From a virus: 64,000 bases of DNA. How positions within the stretch are numbered: position 1 is the stretch's first letter; every line of letters begins with the position of its first letter. Shown here one piece after another: positions 25,516 through 36,639 of this stretch. A program made the translations under genes and the position numbers. Where the stretch lies: positions 1-64,000 of IMG/VR virus record IMGVR_UViG_3300045772_000033. The stretch is one strand, 5' to 3'. A model generated the notes under the pieces. That model was not told the DNA's origin. It was given only the letters and a program-made list of their open reading frames with translations, and searched no databases.

Positions 25516-25947
25516 ATGGCTCTTCCTTTTGCAAATCCAATCTCGCAAGCTATGCCGGGGTTCGGTTCGCCTTCGTGCTACGGTGCGGCGACTCAGACTC
25601 CGACCACCACGGCCGCAGTGACGCTGACCATCGGCGCGACGGCCACCACGCCGAGCACCGGCGGCACGGCATTCAATCTCAATGGCGGCCCGGCGCCGAG
25701 TTCAGGCAAGTGGCACCTGCGTGTGACCAATGCGACCTCAACCCTGACCACGGCTCTGACTGTTCAGGTCTCCGATGGCACGAATACCTGGACCGTCGCC
25801 ACGGTTCCGGCTTCGGCTGCAACCGGCTATGTTGACTACACTGGCGAGTTCAAGACCGACCTCGCGATCACTTCAGTGATCTTCGCTGTGACTCCGGGCG
25901 GGACCGCTTCGAGCATTCCGCTGGATGCTGAAGTCTCACTCGTGTAG
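25516..25947 (+). CDS. putative capsid decoration/cement protein
   Basis: Thr/Ala-rich beta protein after the MCP and before a terminator. Confidence 0.5.
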   Translation: MALPFANPISQAMPGFGSPSCYGAATQTPTTTAAVTLTIGATATTPSTGGTAFNLNGGPAPSSGKWHLRVTNATSTLTTALTVQVSDGTNTWTVATVPASAATGYVDYTGEFKTDLAITSVIFAVTPGGTASSIPLDAEVSLV

Positions 25948-25992
25948 CTTCTGATTTGGCATCGTCGCCTCGGCTGTGCGCTGCCCACTGAC

Positions 25993-26031
25993 GGCGACCG
26001 CTCTACCTGACCGGGAGCGGTCGCCCTTTTT
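25993..26031 (+). terminator. intrinsic terminator
   Basis: ggcgaccgctc...gagcggtcgcc + ctttt. Confidence 0.7.
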
Positions 26032-26047
26032 GTAGGAGGAAGTAGCC

Positions 26048-27331
26048 ATGAGCCAATGGTCTTTGGTCGGTGATATTTTGATGGCCTTGCGCGAGCAGGC
26101 GGCAGATCCCCCGTCTTCGCTTCCCGCGCCTACCTCGGTCACAGTTACCCCGGTCCCGACTGGCTCAACATCGATCTGGTTCACGGTCACGCAGCTTACC
26201 CCCTGGGGCGAGTCTCCTGCCTCAGCCGAAGTTGCCCTGACCAACGGCGCTATCGGCTCGACTTTCACCGTGGCTGGTAATTGCTCCTTCGCTGCAACAA
26301 CCATTCTCATCTACTTTACTCTCGGCGGCGCGGGCGGCGAGGACCGCTATCTCCCCTACACGATCCCAGCCGGCGGCGCCGGTGCGTTCTCGATTCCCTT
26401 TACCCTCTCCACCGCTGGAATCACGCAGGGATTCCCGCCGGCGCGCAGCTCGGCCTGGCTGCCTGACACCGACGGCACGGCGCTCTCGGCGGCGGCTTTG
26501 TACAGGTGGATCAATGAGGGGCTGGACGCCTGCACTGCGATCACAGAAGGCATTCGGGACGTAACCGGAATCCCCTCGACCGCGGGCCAAGCACAATACC
26601 AGGTCATCGGCAACTGGCGCTCTCTAACCTCCGGCTCATACGATGGCTGGCCCTTCACCTTTGGCAACAAGTCCGATATTTTCCGGCACTCAAACGTCAA
26701 GGGGATCAGCGGAACAGCGGTGATGAACCAGGACTCCGTGGTTCAGCAGATCGAACTCTATCCGCAATCGTCCCGGACCTCTGGTGTGGGTGTGCTCTCC
26801 GGCCCTCTGGCCGCTGCGGCGACCGCGATTCCTTATACGCCTGGTAGCACAGGCTGGGTTCTGGGATTCGGACTGGCGCTGCTCGGTCCTTACCCATCTG
26901 ACCCCTCGCTCAGCGAGCTGGTCTACTATTCCAGCAACGTCTCGAACCAACTTGCACAGGTCACCCGCGGTATGGGCGGAACTGTGGCGCAAGCATGGCC
27001 CGCTGGCACTCCGATCTCTGAGTGCAACATCTACATGTCCGGCATCCGCTATCCGATTCACTACCAACGGGGGCAAGCTACGGTCCAACTCAGCCTTCCT
27101 CCGGCGTGGATTGACGCCTTGCGCGACTATTTGTCAGCGCGGTTCAAACAGGCTGAGCAAGACACCGAGGGCGCGCAGGCGACGCTCAAGCAGTTCGAGC
27201 AGAAGTGCCAGGGGATCAAGGGGAATCGGCAGGTGATGTCGCCGCGGCGGGTGCAGGCTGGTGGAAGCAGTGGAGTTGAAATCGCAGGCGGCGGAACCGG
27301 AGGATTTTTTGGAGGCGTGATTTTGCCATGA
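26048..27331 (+). CDS. putative head-tail adaptor protein
   Basis: LYRWINEG... and LPPAWIDALRDYL.AR helices; position. Confidence 0.55.
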   Translation: MSQWSLVGDILMALREQAADPPSSLPAPTSVTVTPVPTGSTSIWFTVTQLTPWGESPASAEVALTNGAIGSTFTVAGNCSFAATTILIYFTLGGAGGEDRYLPYTIPAGGAGAFSIPFTLSTAGITQGFPPARSSAWLPDTDGTALSAAALYRWINEGLDACTAITEGIRDVTGIPSTAGQAQYQVIGNWRSLTSGSYDGWPFTFGNKSDIFRHSNVKGISGTAVMNQDSVVQQIELYPQSSRTSGVGVLSGPLAAAATAIPYTPGSTGWVLGFGLALLGPYPSDPSLSELVYYSSNVSNQLAQVTRGMGGTVAQAWPAGTPISECNIYMSGIRYPIHYQRGQATVQLSLPPAWIDALRDYLSARFKQAEQDTEGAQATLKQFEQKCQGIKGNRQVMSPRRVQAGGSSGVEIAGGGTGGFFGGVILP

Positions 27332-30036
27332 GCGCCAAAGTCGTCAGTCAAAAAAAGTTCGCTAAATTAACGGCCAGCGCGGGAAGCCTGAGCCAGCCGC
27401 CCGGCGCGCTCTCCCGCCTCTCGAACCTTGCCTTCACGCAGCGCGGCAGCCTTCAGATCGCCGATGGCTCTCACTCCATTGGCCAGCTTCCATCTCCCTT
27501 CCTGACTGCTCGTGCTCTTGCGGTATTCACCAAGTTTGCATCAGGCAATTATCCGCTCTATCCAGTTCTTGCTGCTCCGGTCGGCGGTTACCTTCTGGCC
27601 AATCCACAGAACTTTACTCTCAGCGTCGATGCCTCCGGGTCCACTCCTGCCGGAACGTATTACCTCGCTATCGTTGCACAGGCCACTGTTCAAGGAGTGA
27701 CGGTAACCAGCGGGCCTACCATCACGTCTATTACCGTCGCCCACGGATTTACACAGATGAGTTTCCAGTGGTCCCCGGTGTTGTTTATCGGGGGGACTCC
27801 TTCGTATACGATCTACTATCTGGGGTCAACTCCAGCCGCAGTGGGCTATGTTCTCCTGTCCGGTGTCAGCGGTGTACTAATTGGGGGGTTCCTTACTGAT
27901 CTCTACAACGGAGCCTTTTCTCACGGTACTACTCCAATTCCACAGACCAACGCCTCAGCCCTGGTTCAACTCTTGATCGGCAACGTGACTCCACCTTCGC
28001 CGGTGGTAGCTTTCACTTCAATTTCGTCCGCGCCATTGCCGGGCACCGCGCCGCAGCCGGCGCAGTTAGCCCCCGGCGATCCAGCTTTTGTCTTTGACAC
28101 CATAAACACCAATCAGCAGACCTTATACCCTTCTGCATCGGGTGGTACAGCCAGCGCCATCGCCAACTCAGGTACTCCCTCGGCTACACAGACAGTGTCA
28201 GTAGCGTCGGGGTGGGCCTCTGCGGCCACAGTTACAGGTCAACAAGCCACAATCTACATCACCGTTACCGGAACTAACTCGCTCTCCGCCCAAGGAGGCG
28301 GGTCTGTTCAATATCAATACTCGACAGATAGCGGTTCAACCTGGGTTAATTTCGTTTCGTTTCCTTCCAGCACAGCAAACTGGAATCAAAACCTTTCTTT
28401 CTCGGTTGACGCTTCATCCTTGACCGACTTTTCTCACCTCCAAATCCAAATTGTAGCTACTGCACAATGGGGGCACGGACTAGGGAATATCTCCATCTCC
28501 GGTTCCGCCAGCGCAGGGTCTGTCTATCTCTCCACATCCACTTCAGCATCCTTCTCTCCATACGGAGGCATCCCCGGCCAAGTCAACGTGATTCCGCAAC
28601 TGGTTCAGTTCGCCGGGCTGGAAATCCTAATTCTGGGCAACGGTTACGCGCCTCAGTCTTGTGACCCCACCAAGGTAGCCAACGCAACGCTGACACCGCT
28701 CGCCAATACCTTCCAAGCCGCCTATCCGACTTGGCAATCCGCTGTGGATTGGATCACAGGCGCGCAGGTCACCGACGGGACCAACCACTACACTGCGACC
28801 CAAGGTGGTGTCTCCGGCTCTACCGCCCCTTCATGGAATACCGCCCTCGGCGCTGAAACCTCTGATGGCTCGGTCATCTGGACTTCGCAAGGTCCGATCA
28901 TCGCTTCCACCGCGCCCCGTGGCGCCGCGCACGCTGTCGCCTACGCTGGTTCCCTCTGGCTGGCCAACACGTCTCCGACCAATACCGCTGACGGGATCGA
29001 TGGTCCTTCCTGCCTGAAGATGTCCGACTCGAACAATCCGAACTCGTGGAACCCGGTCAACACCGCGTTCATCGCAAGGCAGGACGGAACGCAGATTACA
29101 GGCATTTGCTCATTCACTATCGCTGCCCTTGGGATTTCTCCGACTGGTTCTCTCTGCGTTTTCAAGGAATTCACGACCTACCAGGTGATTGGCGTCTTTG
29201 GGTCCACTTCGTTCGAGATACAGCCGGCGCAGACCAACCTCGGCTGCATCGCCGCGTGCTCGATCCAGTTCCTCCCCGGCTTTGGTGTCGTTCGATTCAC
29301 CCACTTGGGCTTCGCTGTCTTCGATGGGATCAATGACAGGCTGATTTCGGAGGACATCCGGCCTTACTTGTTCGGAGGAGTAGACTCTGAACACGATCTG
29401 ACCCCAGTGGACCCGACATACGTCTACCTTTCGCAATCGGCTCAGACCATTGCCCCGCCGATGTACCTGTGTGCGATGCCCTTGGCCGGCGCAAATGGCG
29501 CGCTCACCCGCTTGTTCTGCTATGACCTGGTGATGAAAGCCTGGACCGTGCTGGACTTGCCGTGGGCAATCAGTTCGATGGGGACCGTCTCGGCCGGGGA
29601 AGGATACCCGCTGGTCCTCGCCGGCAAATCCGACGGTACGATCCAGCGGTTGCAATCCGGTGACTTGAATTGGGACCAGGGGGACGTGAATCAGTCAACA
29701 GTCCAGTGGTCCTTTCGCAGCCCGGAAGTATTCGGTGAGGGCGGTTCGCAGCGGCTTTTTTATCAGCAGGCTGTGATTCGGGGCTATGGCAATTCGGCCA
29801 TGGTTCAGTCGATCGTTGCAAAGCTCTGGCTGGACGGTGTGCAACTCGGCTCGCAAGCGATCGATGTTGTGCCTGTGGGGGGCAACACCTTCGAGGCCAA
29901 CGTCAAGATTTTTCTCAACGGCCAACGGGCGCATCTGGACATCAGCGGAAACAACGGTGGCGCGACCGGGGTGATCGACGGCATCGACTGGGCTATCGTA
30001 CCAAAGTCGCCGCTGGCCAGGAGGGTGATTTCGTGA
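27328..30036 (+). CDS. putative tail nozzle/stabilisation protein (P22 gp10 / T7 gp12-like)
   Basis: Beta-propeller-like C-terminus (GSLWLA, MSDSNNPNSW, LCVFKE, LGCIA, YDLVMKAW). Confidence 0.65.
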   Translation: MSAKVVSQKKFAKLTASAGSLSQPPGALSRLSNLAFTQRGSLQIADGSHSIGQLPSPFLTARALAVFTKFASGNYPLYPVLAAPVGGYLLANPQNFTLSVDASGSTPAGTYYLAIVAQATVQGVTVTSGPTITSITVAHGFTQMSFQWSPVLFIGGTPSYTIYYLGSTPAAVGYVLLSGVSGVLIGGFLTDLYNGAFSHGTTPIPQTNASALVQLLIGNVTPPSPVVAFTSISSAPLPGTAPQPAQLAPGDPAFVFDTINTNQQTLYPSASGGTASAIANSGTPSATQTVSVASGWASAATVTGQQATIYITVTGTNSLSAQGGGSVQYQYSTDSGSTWVNFVSFPSSTANWNQNLSFSVDASSLTDFSHLQIQIVATAQWGHGLGNISISGSASAGSVYLSTSTSASFSPYGGIPGQVNVIPQLVQFAGLEILILGNGYAPQSCDPTKVANATLTPLANTFQAAYPTWQSAVDWITGAQVTDGTNHYTATQGGVSGSTAPSWNTALGAETSDGSVIWTSQGPIIASTAPRGAAHAVAYAGSLWLANTSPTNTADGIDGPSCLKMSDSNNPNSWNPVNTAFIARQDGTQITGICSFTIAALGISPTGSLCVFKEFTTYQVIGVFGSTSFEIQPAQTNLGCIAACSIQFLPGFGVVRFTHLGFAVFDGINDRLISEDIRPYLFGGVDSEHDLTPVDPTYVYLSQSAQTIAPPMYLCAMPLAGANGALTRLFCYDLVMKAWTVLDLPWAISSMGTVSAGEGYPLVLAGKSDGTIQRLQSGDLNWDQGDVNQSTVQWSFRSPEVFGEGGSQRLFYQQAVIRGYGNSAMVQSIVAKLWLDGVQLGSQAIDVVPVGGNTFEANVKIFLNGQRAHLDISGNNGGATGVIDGIDWAIVPKSPLARRVIS

Positions 30037-30503
30037 GCCCTGCCGTCCGAGTTCGCAACCTTCGCGCAGGCGAGCAGGCCAGCCTCCCCGCTGCTTTACG
30101 CGACACCGGAATGTTTTTCTTGGCCGAGGAGTGGGTCTGGGTCGTAGAACGCGCAGCGTTGCCTTCCCCGCTCGGTCCGTTCGGTCCTCCGCCTCCCGCT
30201 CCTTTCGCCATCGTCGTCTGCTCTTTCGCCCACGGGTGGTTGGTGTTGTGGAGACTTTTGTCTATCTCGCCACTTTCACCCGGAATACCGCTAAACTGGT
30301 TCAAGGAAGCCTTGCCGCAGGTCTTCGCCGAGGCGCGTCTGCGAGGGTGTGTCGGATTTCTTACTCTGCTCGCTGACAACCGTCCCGCAGAGGTGAAGAT
30401 GGCCCGGATTATTGCCTCTCTGCCGGGTGCGACTCTGCTGCCGTTCCAGGGGTCACTGGGGGTCGGATTGCTGAGCGAGGCCGGGAAAGGGGAATCACGA
30501 TGA
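30033..30503 (+). CDS. hypothetical protein (possibly GNAT-like)
   Basis: Overlap-coupled; position after the nozzle gene. Confidence 0.5.
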   Translation: MSPAVRVRNLRAGEQASLPAALRDTGMFFLAEEWVWVVERAALPSPLGPFGPPPPAPFAIVVCSFAHGWLVLWRLLSISPLSPGIPLNWFKEALPQVFAEARLRGCVGFLTLLADNRPAEVKMARIIASLPGATLLPFQGSLGVGLLSEAGKGESR

Positions 30504-30967
30504 TCGTTGCTGAGGCTCAGGTCACCATTCTTCCCGTATCCGTCGATACAATCTTCGACGCGCCGAATGCCACTGCTCTGTTTCGGGCCAACGCTGAAGA
30601 ATGTCTTGTCCCGGAGGCTGATCCGCAACGCGCATTCTATTTGGCAATGGAGCAAGCCGGAGTGCTCAAATGCTTTGCATCTTACGCGGGCGTCCGACTC
30701 GTTGGCTTCAGCGCGATTCTTTGCACAGATATGCTCGATCACCCTGGCAAGAGGCTTGCCACCGCCAAGAGTATATTCGTCGATCCCGACTATCGCGGCA
30801 CAGGAGCAGGCGATCTTCTGCTTGATGCCGCTGAGCAGTACGCAACGGAAGCCGGTTGCATGGCTTTCACCGCCTCAGCACGAGTTGACAGCGCGTTTGA
30901 CAAAGTTCTTTCTCGACGCGCTGGATACACGCTAACCCATTCGCAGCATACGAGGTGGCTGGCATGA
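30500..30967 (+). CDS. GNAT acetyltransferase
   Basis: IFVDPDYRGTGAGDLLLDAAEQYA. Confidence 0.85.
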   Translation: MIVAEAQVTILPVSVDTIFDAPNATALFRANAEECLVPEADPQRAFYLAMEQAGVLKCFASYAGVRLVGFSAILCTDMLDHPGKRLATAKSIFVDPDYRGTGAGDLLLDAAEQYATEAGCMAFTASARVDSAFDKVLSRRAGYTLTHSQHTRWLA

Positions 30968-31434
30968 GCGATTTAGCCATCCCGCTTCCCACTATCGCCG
31001 CGCTTGTGCCCCCTTCGCCCGCGACTCTTGACAAGCTGGCTCAGGCTTTGGAAATCATCAAAGCACAGCCACAAGTCCCTCTTGCCACTGAGCATCTTTT
31101 TCATGGGGGGATGTACGCGCGCACAATCCGGCTGATCCCTGGCGAATGGATGATAGGATCTCGGATTAAATTGCCAACCGTACTAATCGTCCATGGCAAT
31201 TGCACAGTCTTACTCGGCGACGAGACAGTCAATTTGTCTGGTTACAACATCATCCCAGGCTGTGCGGGAAGGCAGCAGCTATTTCTAACCCACAGCCCGG
31301 TCGAGATGACACTGATCTTTCCCACTTCGGCTGTGACTGTTGAGGAAGCGGAGAATGAAGTGTTTGCCGACGCTGACCAACTGATGTCGCGTACAGATGC
31401 TAGTCGAGACACGATCACTATTACCGGCCAGTAA
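30964..31434 (+). CDS. cupin-like phage protein
   Basis: HLFHGGMYARTIRL.PG...G..IK.PT.LIV.G. Confidence 0.6.
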   Translation: MSDLAIPLPTIAALVPPSPATLDKLAQALEIIKAQPQVPLATEHLFHGGMYARTIRLIPGEWMIGSRIKLPTVLIVHGNCTVLLGDETVNLSGYNIIPGCAGRQQLFLTHSPVEMTLIFPTSAVTVEEAENEVFADADQLMSRTDASRDTITITGQ

Positions 31435-31457
31435 GGCCGAGGAAAGGAGACAGCGCG

Positions 31458-31997
31458 ATGGCAGGAACTTTAGCGACAGCGTTAGCAATCGCCGGCATTG
31501 CGGCTGGCGCCGCAGGAACTGGAACAGCCATCTACGAAGGCGATAAAAACCGCGACGCATCCGCTGCCGCTACTACCGCGCAGCAGACTGCTCTGCTCAA
31601 GCAGCAGCAATCTCAGGCTAACCAGGCCAACCTTTCCAAACAAGAAGCGGTTATGGGTGCGCAAGGCCAGTCGCAGCAGCAAACTGGCGGATCGCTGACT
31701 GACGATGGGACTTCGGCTATGACTGCCTTGCTGGCCGGGTATCCGGGGTATCAGGCGGGAGCGAGCGGATCTGGTACGAGCACAGGTGCCGGGATTGGCA
31801 GCAGCGGAGTTTCCGGCAGCGCACCTGCGGCCGGCTCGACTGGAACCCCAGACATTGCAGCACTTCTGAAGACTCTAAGCAGCGGCGCGGGCGGCGGCCT
31901 TGGCTCCAATTCCCCATCTTCGATTTCCGGCGGCAACTGGCAAACACAGCCCTCTGCGCCGCAGTCCAGTTTTGAGTTGGCTAACCCGGTCGTCTAG
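31458..31997 (+). CDS. putative ejection/internal virion protein
   Basis: G/A/S/Q-rich with hydrophobic N-terminus; position. Confidence 0.55.
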   Translation: MAGTLATALAIAGIAAGAAGTGTAIYEGDKNRDASAAATTAQQTALLKQQQSQANQANLSKQEAVMGAQGQSQQQTGGSLTDDGTSAMTALLAGYPGYQAGASGSGTSTGAGIGSSGVSGSAPAAGSTGTPDIAALLKTLSSGAGGGLGSNSPSSISGGNWQTQPSAPQSSFELANPVV

Positions 31998-32017
31998 CCG
32001 GAAGGAAGGATTTACCC

Positions 32018-32734
32018 ATGCCCGAAGGACTCACAAGCGCGCTCCAGTCAATCCAGCCTGAGCTTCAGGCTGGCACCGAGGTCGCCGGCCTCGGCTCGAC
32101 GGCCTACAACATGTACAACCAGTACCAGAACCAGCAATACCAAAACCAGCTCCGCTCCTTTGCGCAAGACCCGGCGAAGATGAACGCCTACGCTGCCCAG
32201 TTCACGCAGCCGCTGACTGCCGGGCTGCAAACCGGCGTGGCCAACAATACTCAGGCTTATTTGGCTCAGCGCGGGCTCTCGGACTCGCCGGAGATCGCGC
32301 AGCAGGTGCAGGCCCAAGCCATCGCCCCTTATATCCAGCAAAATCAGCAGAATGGGTATCAGAACGCTTTGCAGGCGCTTCAGGTCGGCGGCGGAGCGGT
32401 CAATCCGAATACTCAATCGGCAAACAACATCTCTGCGCTGGCCAAAGCGTTTGCGGCGCTCAGCGGACCGGGGTCAGCAGGAACACTTATTACTCCTGCC
32501 CAAATCGCAGCCATGACGCAGCAACTGAACGCACCGCGGCAATTGCCCAATATGTATCAGCCGATAGCAGCCGATCCGGGGCCAACGGCGATTGACTCAA
32601 GTGGACTGTCCCCGGCACCTGACTTGAGTGGGCTGTTCCCGACGAATCAGCCAAACGTAACAACCGACTTCACGCCAGACCCTACCGACAGCTTTGTAGC
32701 GGCGCCAGCGTGGTCCGGCGTCGGAGCGAGCTAG
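32018..32734 (+). CDS. putative ejection protein
   Basis: Q/A-rich, LAQRGLSDS motif. Confidence 0.55.
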   Translation: MPEGLTSALQSIQPELQAGTEVAGLGSTAYNMYNQYQNQQYQNQLRSFAQDPAKMNAYAAQFTQPLTAGLQTGVANNTQAYLAQRGLSDSPEIAQQVQAQAIAPYIQQNQQNGYQNALQALQVGGGAVNPNTQSANNISALAKAFAALSGPGSAGTLITPAQIAAMTQQLNAPRQLPNMYQPIAADPGPTAIDSSGLSPAPDLSGLFPTNQPNVTTDFTPDPTDSFVAAPAWSGVGAS

Positions 32735-32767
32735 GCGGCTGGCAGCTAGACAGCAAGGAGGCACGAC

Positions 32768-34126
32768 TTGGGATTCTGGAACGCACTTTCGGTACTCGCA
32801 CCTGTCGCGCCGGCGATGTCGGACGCGCAGGATATTCGCGCCCAGCGCGCGCAGGATCAACAGGACTTGGAGTTGAAGAAAGCGCAACTGACGACGCAAC
32901 AGTTCGCGGCACAGAATGAACAGCAACGTCTTCGCGCCGGCACACAGCCCATGTTCAAGGCTGGCAGCCAGCCTGAGTTTAACCGCACATCCGGTACATA
33001 TCAGCAGCCGGCCTGGGACGACAAGAAGCAAACTTACGCGATGGTGGACGTACCTGGCGTTTCGCCAGAAGCCCAGCAGAAGCAAGCACTGGAGTCTCTC
33101 AAGCGAAACCGTGCCGCCGCGAAGGAGCTGATGCCCCCCGGCACGTCGGACGAGAACCTGGATTACCTCGCGTACACCCTCAGCGGAATGAATCCCCCGC
33201 CTAGCACCAAGGTCACTCAAATGACCGGCGACGCAGGCAAGCCCTTCAAAGGCAACGACGGCCTGTACTATGTCAAAGGCAAAAATGCAGACGGCACCAG
33301 TGTGGATATACCGATGGGGCCTAACTACACGCCCCCGGCACCGAAGGCGCCTACTTCTCCCACTTCGCAGTACGCCAATCTCCTGACCAAGCAGATCCTC
33401 GCCAACAGGAAACAAGGGCCGCCGCTGACCAACGAGGAGGCAGCGCAGTTACCAGCACTCCAACAGGCTTTAGACGGTCCAAACATCGCTCGTATGAAAG
33501 CAATGGCCGAGTATAACGCGGCAAACCGTCTGTTTATGGCGACGGACCCAAGCACAAACATGGAAATCGCTGTTCCAATATCCGCTGGAGTTGCCGCGTT
33601 CGATCAAGGGACTCCTTTCCTCGCTGGTGCGGTTTCTTCCCCGACCGGAACAGAAAAGAGTAGGCAGGACTTCTCTAATTCAGGAATACTGCAAGTAAAC
33701 ACGATGCGCAACATCATCGGTAGAAACAGCGGCCTGTTCGGTCCGGGAGCGGGCCGGTTGCAGAACTTTGTTAATTGGGTGGGGTCCAACAGTCCTGACG
33801 CACAGAGATTCCGCACAGCGGCACTCATTTTGGCAGATCACTCGGCAGGCTCATTTGGTGGACGCTCTGTGAAAACGGTGGACGAATTGAAGGACACCAT
33901 AACAGCCATGAAGCTAACCCCCGAAGCGTTGCTTGCCGGATTAGACCAGGACGAGATGACGTTCAACGCTCTGATGAACGCCAGTGGAAGGCTGGGGCCG
34001 AGGACGGGCGGAACAGGCGGTGCCGGCGGAGGCCAATTCGTCGTGATTGATCCGGCCGGTAAGCCTCACCGCTTCGATACGCAAGCCCAAGCGGACAACT
34101 TCAGAACTCTGATTAGGCCCAAATGA
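32768..34126 (+). CDS. putative ejection protein
   Basis: AAGGAGG RBS, helical Q-rich. Confidence 0.55.
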   Translation: MGFWNALSVLAPVAPAMSDAQDIRAQRAQDQQDLELKKAQLTTQQFAAQNEQQRLRAGTQPMFKAGSQPEFNRTSGTYQQPAWDDKKQTYAMVDVPGVSPEAQQKQALESLKRNRAAAKELMPPGTSDENLDYLAYTLSGMNPPPSTKVTQMTGDAGKPFKGNDGLYYVKGKNADGTSVDIPMGPNYTPPAPKAPTSPTSQYANLLTKQILANRKQGPPLTNEEAAQLPALQQALDGPNIARMKAMAEYNAANRLFMATDPSTNMEIAVPISAGVAAFDQGTPFLAGAVSSPTGTEKSRQDFSNSGILQVNTMRNIIGRNSGLFGPGAGRLQNFVNWVGSNSPDAQRFRTAALILADHSAGSFGGRSVKTVDELKDTITAMKLTPEALLAGLDQDEMTFNALMNASGRLGPRTGGTGGAGGGQFVVIDPAGKPHRFDTQAQADNFRTLIRPK

Positions 34127-36639
34127 GCGGACAAAAGCCACAGATCGACTATGACGCACTGGCAGACCAAGCCAGAAAACAAGCTACGTCCGCAGTTCCC
34201 GTCCCCAAAAATGCGGCGCAGCCCACTGCCGTCGATTACGATGCGCTGGCGGCGCAGGCGAGACAAGCGCAAGTCCCTGCGCCACCTGCTCCTACTGTTG
34301 CGGCGCCAGCGCCTCAAGAAGGCTTCTGGGCTTCCGCTGTCTCCCCTTTCGTGGGAATGGCTCAGGGTCTCAAATCGGCTGTCTACGAGGGTCCGCAGAA
34401 TCCTACTGAGGCTGCAATCGTAGGCGGACAACCGGGAGTGAGCTTGTGGGACGATGCGACCCCTATCATTGGTCGGGCGGTCTTGGCAGCAAAGAGGATG
34501 CTGGTCGATCCACAGATTGATCAAGGGAAACAGGCGGCGAGTGCATTCAAGCAGGCGGCGCCGCTGTCTCTGCATCCAACTCCAGGGCAATTGGAGCAGC
34601 GACAGCTCGCGCTTGGGCACGGTCTCGCTGCTGCAATTCCTATGCTGGGGCCGTGGGCCGCAAATGTGGGCGAAAAGGAAGGCGAACAGCTCGCGGCTGG
34701 AAACTACCTGGGTGCTACCGGCACAGCGTTTGGCAACGCTGCGCTCGCGCTTGCACCCAAAGGAATATCCAAAATGGCGGGAGCTGCTCCTGAAGCCGCA
34801 CAAGGCCTTGTTCGCGTCGCCACCGGCACTGGTACAGGCCCAGTCAAAGAACTCGTCAAACAGCGCCGGATCGCCAACGCAGGCATCGACGAGGCCAATG
34901 CCGCGGCTGACAAAGCTCACGCCGGTAACACGCAAGACGCACTGCATGAGCAACGGGGCCGCGAGATCGAATATCAGATAGCTGTTGACAGCAAGACTCA
35001 GGAAATTGCTCAAGCAGATCAGTCCGAGGCTGGGCAACTTGCTGCCAAGCAGTCCGCTGCCGAGCGGAAGGTCACCGCGGCCAATGAAGCCATCAGGGCT
35101 AAGCACCAGGCTGTTGCACAGAAGGTGGCCGACGCCAACCGTGCCGCCGAAAACGCACTTGAACTTCGACGTCAGCTTGAGCAGACTTATCAGAAGGCTA
35201 CCGCAGACCACTACGCCAAAGAGCAGGCTACCGACACGCAAGCCAAGGCTGAAGAGAATACCGCCTGGCAGGGTTGGAGACAGAAGACCGCGGGAAAGAC
35301 TCTCGATGGTGGGCTGATCGCCGAGCCACTTCAGAAACTGCGCCTTGACTCACCTGAAGTGGACCGGACGCTAAATCAACTTGAACCCCGCGGCGATGAA
35401 GTTCCGCAGGAATCGCCTTACACACAGATACGCGCGCAAGCAGCACAAAAGCAATTCGGCAAAGACTACGAATCTCTCATCCCGGTCAAGCAAGACGAAA
35501 TTGATGACTTGCTTCATTCCAGCGGATATTCTCCGGAGCCGATTGCGTTTGACCCCCAAGCTGGGCAGCCGATTTCCATCGATCGAGTGCAGCGTGCGTC
35601 TTCTATCCTTCAGCGATATATACGCAGCGGCCGATTTGAGGGGCCGCTGCTCGGAGAAATGAAGCAAGTGGCGAAGGTGTTGCGTAATGCCGTGACGCGG
35701 GCCTCTGCCGATGCTGGAGCTACTCCTGAGCTCGATGCCGCGCGCAACTCTACCGTTACCTATCAGAATGCCTTCGGCCGGGAACGTAATATGCCCGCCA
35801 CTGCGCGCACCATTCGTGAAAAACAACTCAATCCGGAGGCCTTTCAAGAGCGCGCGGACGAAGAGCGCTTAGCCAAGGCGCGTCGTTACGACCCCACCCT
35901 GGTCGATTCTTACCGCCAGGTCAAGGCCGCGCGCAAGGCGCTGGATAGCCTTTCTCCTGAAGATCAGATTCGCAAGAGATTGCGCCAAGTGCCCCCGCCT
36001 CCGACCGTGAATGATCCCCGACCTGGGTTCCGGCTGACCGCTCCGCCGCAGCGCACTCCCGCCCGGCCGGCATCTGGTTCCCCTGCCGAACGCGCGTTTC
36101 AATCGGTGGATCAGCCTTCACGTCCCAATTTCCCTGATCGGCCTATTCCTGATCCTCATCAGACCATCTCTGCCGGCGACATTGCTGCCGCCAAGAGAGC
36201 GGCCGTTGAAGCCAGCGCAGGAAAGTGGTGGACTCGCGGACGCTGGGCAGCAGCCGCCCCGATCATTTGGGCCATGCGTGGATTCTTCGGCGGGCACATC
36301 CCTTCTATCCCCATGGCTGGTGCTGAATCCGGGGGCATTCTGGCTGCCACTCACGTTGGGGTATCTCTTCTTCGCTACCCGCCGTTGGTTGATTTCCTGG
36401 TCAAGGCCCGACCCAAAGACGTTGCGGTTATTCCGTTGGAACTCCGTGGTGACTTACCTGGTCTGGTCTCTCAAGCTCAGCGACAGGGGATCAAGGTATC
36501 TCCGGCACTGCTCGCAGCGACAGGAGGGGCGCTGGCTGCCCAAAAGAAAGAAGGGCCTCAAGGCCTTCAATTACCCATTCCAGTAGCGCAAGCCTTACAA
36601 GCTATGCAACCTACCTTCTCGCAAGGAGCAACTCAATGA
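34123..36639 (+). CDS. large putative ejection protein
   Basis: Repeated DYDALA.QA N-terminus, Ala-rich helical. Confidence 0.55.
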   Translation: MSGQKPQIDYDALADQARKQATSAVPVPKNAAQPTAVDYDALAAQARQAQVPAPPAPTVAAPAPQEGFWASAVSPFVGMAQGLKSAVYEGPQNPTEAAIVGGQPGVSLWDDATPIIGRAVLAAKRMLVDPQIDQGKQAASAFKQAAPLSLHPTPGQLEQRQLALGHGLAAAIPMLGPWAANVGEKEGEQLAAGNYLGATGTAFGNAALALAPKGISKMAGAAPEAAQGLVRVATGTGTGPVKELVKQRRIANAGIDEANAAADKAHAGNTQDALHEQRGREIEYQIAVDSKTQEIAQADQSEAGQLAAKQSAAERKVTAANEAIRAKHQAVAQKVADANRAAENALELRRQLEQTYQKATADHYAKEQATDTQAKAEENTAWQGWRQKTAGKTLDGGLIAEPLQKLRLDSPEVDRTLNQLEPRGDEVPQESPYTQIRAQAAQKQFGKDYESLIPVKQDEIDDLLHSSGYSPEPIAFDPQAGQPISIDRVQRASSILQRYIRSGRFEGPLLGEMKQVAKVLRNAVTRASADAGATPELDAARNSTVTYQNAFGRERNMPATARTIREKQLNPEAFQERADEERLAKARRYDPTLVDSYRQVKAARKALDSLSPEDQIRKRLRQVPPPPTVNDPRPGFRLTAPPQRTPARPASGSPAERAFQSVDQPSRPNFPDRPIPDPHQTISAGDIAAAKRAAVEASAGKWWTRGRWAAAAPIIWAMRGFFGGHIPSIPMAGAESGGILAATHVGVSLLRYPPLVDFLVKARPKDVAVIPLELRGDLPGLVSQAQRQGIKVSPALLAATGGALAAQKKEGPQGLQLPIPVAQALQAMQPTFSQGATQ